Shown here piece after piece: positions 56,229-64,000 of a stretch of 64,000 nt of DNA. The stretch is from contig OX597835.1 in assembly GCA_951406725.2 (NCBI GenBank), forward strand, positions 19,096,001-19,160,000, in the 5' to 3' direction. Position 1 is the stretch's first letter, and each line of letters opens with the position of its first letter. Under the pieces are notes generated by a model, which saw nothing but the letters and a program-made list of their open reading frames with translations, was not told the DNA's origin and searched no databases. The translations under genes were made by a program, and so were the position numbers. Source of the DNA: Octopus vulgaris (Eukaryota).

Positions 56229-58023
56229 TATAAATATTCAACTAGAATATAATTTCAGAGAAGTCGAGACATTGCTCAAGAATCGTAACGAGGTTAACAC
56301 CGGATTACACCCCCGCAAATGGTGACAATATCTAAACAGCCAATACCAGCTTCAGCATCAATGGACCACCAAAGCATTGTCTACGTAATGTCTTGAAATA
56401 TTGGCAGCAATACATACTCTTGCTTGCTTCGACTTACTTCATGTTCTTGTTTCATGGTCCTGGGGTCGTCCCGATTTAGTGATCCCAGAAACAACATTCT
56501 TGTGTAGAGCCGACCTGGTATTCCAGTGCTCTCCATCACTGCTAGCCACGTGCCAGTAATCCTCCATCCTCGAAATTGACGTCGAGCCTCTGGGGGCCTT
56601 GTCCAGTCTTGTCCAGCCATCGGGTTCTATCGCACAGCTGCGCTGGATGAAACTAAAGTATTTTATAAAAACATTTAATGCTGTAATCTTGTTTCGTTTT
56701 TCCTCGGACAGTTTATTCGGTTTGCATGACATGTAGTTGACTGTGATCACACCCTTTCATCTGAACTGGGCGTTACCCAAATAGCAGGGTTCAAGACCAG
56801 GCGTCTTGAAGGAAGGTAATGAGTCGATTGTATTGATGAGGTCACCGTTTATTCGAAACGTGACGTGTCGGGAGATATGCCATTAAGGATTTTGTCGGAT
56901 GTGCTAGTGAATTTGCGAGCAGGAAATCTTTTATCATCTTGGAAAGCTAGGATGGTCAACTGCGCAATACCGTTTTTTGTTATACGTCTGAAAGATTAGA
57001 GTTGCATTCGTATTAAATCACAACATCCAAAGCAGTAAAGTCGATCTCTGCCGCCTTCGCCCCCAGTCGGAAGGAATGTCACAGAAACAGGTTTTTGGAT
57101 ACTCTTTAAGAAATAAGAATTATAAAGCCAATTTAGCAGGGCGCTACTGATACACCACGCCTTTAACAATAAACTCCAAGAACCGCCGCAAATCATATGG
57201 CATGACGGCCACAACATCACTACCAAGACCTAGGGATAATAACGAATACGACACATCAACAACAGTAATGAATTGGTGCTTGCAAAAACAAAAGCAAAGA
57301 AAGCATCTCCAAGAATCGCTTTCAAAAATGTAGAGACAATACCGAATACCACATGAATGCAAACAACAGGATAACATCAACAACAACAATAAAAGCAGCA
57401 GCAGCAGCAAGTATAATTAGGGAAGCCACCGAATAACAGGATAAACATTAAGAGTTAAACAAGATCTAATACCAACACCCACGACAGTAGAAACAACGAA
57501 AACATAAAATCAACGACAACAACAGTAACAACAACAGCATTAACAACAGTTAACAAATACACCAATCGTAACAAGAAGAAAAAAAGCTCAGTAACAATAT
57601 TCCTGTATAACCAAACATATTATTAAAGTTTTAGGCTAGAACAGGTATTTTCTCTGGATATTTAGCAATAATGTCAGATTCGACAGACGTTTATATACAA
57701 GATGTAATCCACCGCATCATTTCGACTGTTTTGCCTTGTAGAAACTTTTTTTTTTTTTCTTGTACAGAAAAACGTGATTTTCTTTTTTGTCGACGTTTTT
57801 CGTGAAGGATAATAATTTTTATTTTTCTTCATTTTTACAGAGGGGCTGACTTCGATATTTTTTGCTTGTTTTATATTTTATACTAGTTTAGTTGATTACA
57901 ATTGGTAGAGACAGAAATCTTGTGGTTCTACACTTTAAGACAAGCAAACCTGGGAAGCAAAGTGAATACTAAATAGTTAATAACAGATTTGTGATCGTAT
58001 GTAAATGAGTGTGTGCGCCGGTA

Positions 58024-58082
<59 letters not shown>

Positions 58083-58292
58083 TTCACACCTATATATATA
58101 TATATGTATATATATAGGTATATATATATATGTGTGTGTGTGTATATGTATATATTTATATGTATATATGTATATATATATATATATAGGTATATATGTA
58201 CCTATACATATATACGTAAATATTTGTGTATATATACATACATGTGTGTTTGTGTGTGTAAAGATAACAAACAGGAAATGACATACCTGTGC

Positions 58293-58384
<92 letters not shown>

Positions 58385-58390
58385 ATCATT

Positions 58391-59030
58391 AAAAAAGTGT
58401 AGTAAATAGTCATATGAATAGATACTAAATACACAGACGAACAAAAAATTCAGAATATTACCAACACCTCTTTAGTTATCGCCCAGAGGGTCAAAGCGCA
58501 ATTTCGGCCATTATTGATAATATCGGTTCCACTCTGGAGATGCCGGCAAGAAATTTGCTGGGAATGGGGCCAAAATATAACGAGACGCAACGGGCTCGCG
58601 ACAAGACCGTCAGTAAACGGACGAAGGACTAATCAAACAGAATAAGATTTGGGCCACGCGAAAACAACAATTATACGGCCCAAAAACGTCTTAGGGCTGC
58701 AAGACAAGACAAAAATAAGTAACGCGACTATAAAGGACTATAAACACGGGAGGACTAGAGTGAGGAATTCAGAAAATTGTGACCTGTCCGGTTTGGATTT
58801 TCTGAGTTCCTCGATTTTCTGAGCCAGCCTCGTCTTATGTTTTGGTCCCATTACTGGGGGCGCGGGCAAGACACGTGCCCGCGTCCCCAGAGTGGAAGTA
58901 ATATTAACGATAATGGCCGTAATTGCGCTTTGATCCTCAGACCGATAAACTGAAGTGGATTTGGTGACCTGTGTTTTCTGTTTGTCTGTATATTCAGTAT
59001 ATATTCGTGTGTTGATTTACTACATTCTTT
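58391..59030 (+). other. Fold-back element: ~200-bp imperfect inverted arms with internal hairpins
   Basis: 58391-58597 aligns with the reverse complement of 58821-59030 at roughly 75%; internal hairpins at 58543-58561, 58648-58684, 58762-58812 and 58854-58890. Confidence 0.85.
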
Positions 59031-59060
59031 CTTTTTAGATTATACGTACATATATATGAG

Positions 59061-59448
59061 TGGAGGCGCAATGGCCCAGTGGTTAGGGCAGCGGACTCGC
59101 GGTCGTAGGATCGCGGTTTCGATTCCCAGACCGGGCGTTGTGAGTGTTTATTGAGCGAAAACACCTAAAGCTCCATGAGGCTCCGGCAGGGGATGGTGGT
59201 GATCCCTGCTGTACTCTTTCACCACAACTTTCTCTCACTCTTACTTCCTGTTTCTGTTGTACCTGTATTTCAAAGGGCCGGCCTTGTCACTCTCTGTGTC
59301 ACGCTGAATATCCCCGAGAACTACGTTAAGGGTACACGTGTCTGTGGAGTGCTCAGCCACTTACACATTAATTTCACGAGCAGGCTGTTCCGTTGATTCG
59401 GATCAACCGGAACCCTCGTCGTCGTAACCGACGGAGTGCTTCCATCCA
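59061..59448 (+). mobile_element. SINE family C, full length
   Basis: tRNA-like head TGGCCCAGTGG / GTTTCGATTCC, (TCCA)n tail, direct repeat ACATATATATGA. Confidence 0.92.
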
Positions 59449-59500
59449 CATATATATGACAAATGCAAGACGGAAGCTGGAATATACGAGAGTTTATTAC

Positions 59501-59603
59501 TAATCACGATAATTGCTTCGACACATCTAGCATCGATCCCTCATGTGTAGAACAACTGGTTCAGGAGCGTCCAGCGGTGTAGATGTATCTCGTCGGGTGA
59601 TAA
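59501..59603 (-). ncRNA. Type I hammerhead fold with degenerate 3' core and long stem II (repeat ~59455-59670)
   Basis: TTATCAC-CCGACGA-GATACATCTA...TAGATGTGTC-GAAG-CAATT-ATC-GTGATTA; homologous to 10745-10854. Confidence 0.6.
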
Positions 59604-59675
59604 ATATATACAACTCGTTAGAATAACGTTCCGCAATGTCACTACTCGTTTTGTAGAAGGAAAAGCAGCCAGGCG

Positions 59676-59716
<41 letters not shown>

Positions 59717-59811
59717 ATTAATATATACAACACAATTGTGTCATATTTTCCGTTTGTTGTCTCATTTAATCCTGAAAATATTTATGTACGCAAGCACTCA
59801 TTAATTTTTTA

Positions 59812-59866
<55 letters not shown>

Positions 59867-59964
59867 AATCCAAACATGAAAACACAAAGAGAAAACACAA
59901 CAACACAAGGACGTGGAACAAATATAGTATTATTGGACGCTCAGGAAGGAAGGGAGAAGAAGGA

Positions 59965-60003
59965 GTGTTTAACGTTTCGAGCGGAGCTCTTCGTCAGAAA
60001 CAC
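59965..60003 (-). ncRNA. Minimal type I hammerhead ribozyme (Penelope-type) in a repeat at ~59862-60082
   Basis: GTGTTT-CTGACGA-A-GAGC(TCC)GCTC-GAAA-CG-TT-AAACAC; perfect 6-bp stem I and 4-bp stem II. Confidence 0.8.
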
Positions 60004-60102
60004 AGGAAAAGGAAAGATCCACAGAAGGAAAGACGGAGGAAAAAATAAATCTCCAACGGTACACACGCAGTCACATTTTGAATATATATATATATTTGAA
60101 TA

Positions 60103-60220
60103 TCACGTGATCACGTGACCGACCAGACCATCAGATGTTGTTGCACATCGCTGGTCAGAATGCGTTCGCATTGTTTTAGCCTTCGAATGACGCCACCCCG
60201 CTGGCTAAGCGAGCAGGCCA
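60103..60220 (-). mobile_element. 118-bp structured retroposon-like element
   Basis: Copy of 12418-12535; 11-bp direct repeat ATATTTGAATA on both sides. Confidence 0.75.
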
Positions 60221-60560
60221 ATATTTGAATATATATATATATATATATATAATACACACACACATATATATGCGTGATGGTAGCGTGCCTGTTCATTTTT
60301 GTGTCTACGTCTTCATCACTGGGTGACAACCGTTTCACTTCCCGTAAATTACCGATGCGGCAAACGAGAACGATAATGTACCGGACATATATACAGCACT
60401 GGAATAGTTTCGTTTGATCGAAAAACCTTCAACGGTCTGAGACTGAAACAAGTAATAGTAAATGCTAAAATAAAATCTCTACACACATGTTTATATCTAC
60501 CTACCCATATCTCCATAGCTACACAAACACACACACATCCTTATATATATATATATATAT

Positions 60561-60662
60561 ATAATTTACAAGATAAGGGCAGAAGAAAAATTCTAATGCC
60601 AGATAGATGTTTCGGCGTATCTGCCATTAGAATTTTTCTTCTGCCCTTTTCTTGTAAATTAT
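60561..60662. repeat. 45-bp inverted repeat with 12-nt loop
   Basis: Arms 60561-60605 and 60618-60662, two mismatches. Confidence 0.92.
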
Positions 60663-60746
60663 ATATAAATTTTACCTTTAAAGGCATTTTTTGATATACA
60701 GGCCATTTCTAAAAATCTTTTCCCGAACATTTTTTTATCATATATC

Positions 60747-60802
<56 letters not shown>

Positions 60803-61527
60803 GTACATGAATATATATTCTCAATATTTACACATAATACTCACACACGGGCACACCCACATATGTAATCATACATATGTTGTTGACCGAAATGGACGGT
60901 CAAGTAATTCTGCTGAGCCGTAGGTTTTGCTCCAAAATATCAATGACAAAACCTTTTTTCTATATATATATCTTTCAAAGGAACAATAATTGGTCTACTC
61001 CCTATAGAATGTAACAATCTTCTCAATCTAGAGATGCTGTTTTTCTATATTCTGAGACATAGAAACGTAATTTAAACATGCTATGTACTGATAACAATGG
61101 GGTCAAAAGTATGTTTTTGCTAAAATCGCACAACAGAATGTGTTATATTGTCTCTGTTTATAAGCAGCACGTTGTATTGTATATACTTGAAAATAAATAA
61201 AAATAACATTTAAGGTTATTTTTTCCTACTTTCCTTTTACGGCTGTGTATAAACAAGGTAACAGGGATAAGAATTTAAATTGCACCATTTTCTCAAGTGG
61301 AATGATTTTAATATTACCAAAGTAGAAAGACGGCATGCATACAAGAAATAATATATTTTCTAAATGCTTGTTTAAAGTAAAATAGCAGCTACATAGAAAA
61401 GAAAATTAAAGAAAGATCTGTCAGAGATTATCAAGGAGAATTTTTCAACATTCTCGTATATACTACTGATTCCTTTTGTCTTCACATATTTTTATTTTGG
61501 TTTACCTTCCTATCATGCTTTCTGTTT

Positions 61528-61600
<73 letters not shown>

Positions 61601-61610
61601 GAGACATAGG

Positions 61611-61656
<46 letters not shown>

Positions 61657-62633
61657 CAGATAGAAAGAACGAAAGTGAGAGAGTAGCGTCATAAGCTGTG
61701 TTCATTATTATTTGGAATATAGCATTGTGGAAGAAGATACATAAATAACTATGTTATCTAGTTTGGCTACATTTTTCTCAGTAGACATTGTACGACTCAC
61801 TTTCTCGTATTCCACACCTGTTTTTACATTAAAAATGAAATATTGCAGTACATTTATAGTACATCTTGAACGAAAATGACTATCATTGTATAACTGCTTC
61901 ACTCTTATCCAACTGCATTTAGAATTAATTCAATATTTATTCTATCTACTTATCACAAAATATTAATGGTTTTGTGTTTTTCTTGGCGTGTATAAGCAAT
62001 CAGATGTTTTCGATCGGTTTACACAAGCCAAGTGGTGTGGTAAGAAGCTTGCTTCTCAAAGACATGGTTCCAGGTTCAATCCAAGTGCATGGAGCCTTGG
62101 GCAAGTATCTTTTGCTAGAACATCGAGTCAACCAACTCTTTCCTAGTGGATTTGGTAGACGGAAATTAAAAGAACCTCTTCAGACCCATGTATGCGTGTT
62201 TGTTTGCGCATATGTACGCTGCCAGCGAGTTTTGGTACATTTGCAAAAATTATCGACGTGCTTGTTTGCTTTAGCTAACTCATTAACAACTGCGTGTAAG
62301 TCAAATATATGCAGCCGCTGGTATATATAATACTTCCGTTCTTTCCTTTGAAATTTAACTGTACATGTTTAAAAGTTTGGATATATAAATCGACGGTAAT
62401 ACGACATAGACGCTGCATAGAAAAGAGTTTCATAATCATTTTGCTCTATTTTGTTTGTTTCTTCCCTTTTTACTATTTGTATTATCATTGGAATCAGTCA
62501 AAAATTAGTTTAAGTAGACTCTCGCTGATAAAAAGCAGTACCTTCACTCATTTTCTGGTTATCGTAATCTGTACGTAAGCTTAATTTGTATCTCCGATTT
62601 CTCAATAGAAATCGCTTCAAATATATCTATGCC

Positions 62634-62749
<116 letters not shown>

Positions 62750-63208
62750 TGAAGAAATAGAAAGTGCTTCTTACAATATCGTATAATTGTGATAATTCTT
62801 TTGATAATTTCCCCGCTTTAATAATTAGGTTTTTATATATTATTTGGTGTTTACAAACGGTTGTATACAAAAGATAACTTTTTATTAGTTTCTCTCTTAA
62901 AGGCGGTTTTCAATCTGATATTTTAGTTGCTTATCCACTGTGTTTAGGGTTGTTTAGCAACAAATATACGCACACATGCATACATATACACGCACACGTA
63001 CACATCCACATATATGTATACATAAGGACTAGCTATTATATGCATACATACAGATTATGCATTTCTATGCGTGTGTAAACGATGGGTATGTATACAGGTA
63101 AATTAGTTTCCAGGTTTCATAAATTAATAACGCACAATTATTTTATCTAAATCTAACTTTCATCAAATCAAATAACCTAAACCATTATAATCCAATATAT
63201 GATATATT

Positions 63209-63593
63209 TGGAAGCACTCCGTCGGTTACGACGACGAGGGTTCCGGTTGATCCGAATCAACGGAACAACCTGCTCGTGAAATTAACGTGTAAGTGGCTGA
63301 GCACTCCACAGACACGTGTACCCTTAACGTAGTTCTCGGGGATATCCAGCGTGACACAGAGAGTGACAAGGCCGGCCCCTTTGAAATACAGGTACAACAG
63401 AAACAGGAAGTAAGAGTGAGAGAACGTTGTGGTGAAAGAGTACAGCAGGGATCACCACCATCCCCTGCCGGAGCCCCGTGGAGCTGAAGGTGTTTTCGCT
63501 CAATAAACACTCACAACGCCCGGTCTGGGAATCGAAACCGCGATCCTACGACCGGGAGTCCGCTGCCCTAACCACTGGGCCATTGCGCCTCCA
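63209..63593 (-). mobile_element. SINE family C, full length
   Basis: Near-identical reverse complement of 59061-59448. Confidence 0.92.
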
Positions 63594-63758
63594 CATATGA
63601 TGTATAAAACTAGCGACAATCCATAACAATTCCAGATTGTGTCTACGCTTAATCAGCTGCAACAACAATGGAGGCGAATGTATTTAGGAGAGAATGGTCC
63701 TAAGAGATGAGAGATAGGCTCCTCACAGTAGGGAAGATTTGCTAGCAAGAAAGAAATG

Positions 63759-64000
63759 GGGTCTTTTCGGTTTGAACGGCAGTTTTTTTCTAGCGGTGTC
63801 ATATGAAATTGTCACCCATAATTATGACCCTTGAATCGATCTATTACATTTCAATCACTTTTAGGCTTAGGGTTAGTTAGGGTTAGGGTTAGGGGTGGGG
63901 GGAAGGTTTTTTTTTTTCACAAATGTAAATAAACCCAATCTGTTTCTTAAACGAGGGACATATTCATATGGCTCAGAATGCTTTTTAACTCAATAGACGT
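63759..64000. mobile_element. TTAGGG-MITE cut by the window end
   Basis: Left TIR GGGTCTTTTCGGTTTGAACGGCAG and TTAGGG tract. Confidence 0.88.

Noticed and set aside
59061-59135. tRNA gene
   Set aside because: It is the tRNA-derived head of a multi-copy SINE, continuous with body, tail and TSD; the same holds for families A, B and D.
59144-59396. Recurrent ORFs (MFIERKHLKLHEAP..., [15 protein letters not shown]..., RPRKDERQSRPRRN...) as a gene family
   Set aside because: They recur only because they are frames of SINE families C, B and A.

Overview
AT-rich, microsatellite-dense animal genomic DNA with no host protein-coding exon that I can recognise; it is probably intronic or intergenic. 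The SINE complement and repeat landscape suggest an octopus or other cephalopod genome (inference, not a database result). Nearly all listed ORFs are artefacts of simple repeats or SINEs. The window holds: four tRNA-headed SINE families (my labels A-D) with swapped modules; 3' fragments of CR1-like and RTE-like LINEs; four non-autonomous Helitrons; several MITEs, one with GG..CC TIRs, an 8-bp TSD and internal TTAGGG tracts; a 7x108-bp tandem array; and a decayed Penelope-type GIY-YIG endonuclease fragment. The most notable signal is a set of RNA-structure elements next to TA microsatellites: five type I hammerhead ribozyme folds from four unrelated sequence families (10.7, 29.1, 41.5, 59.5, 60.0 kb), two families with very long stem II, and a ~640-bp multibranched fold-back element at 58.4-59.0 kb. 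All alignments, folds and percent identities were estimated by eye; coordinates of degenerate repeats are approximate.
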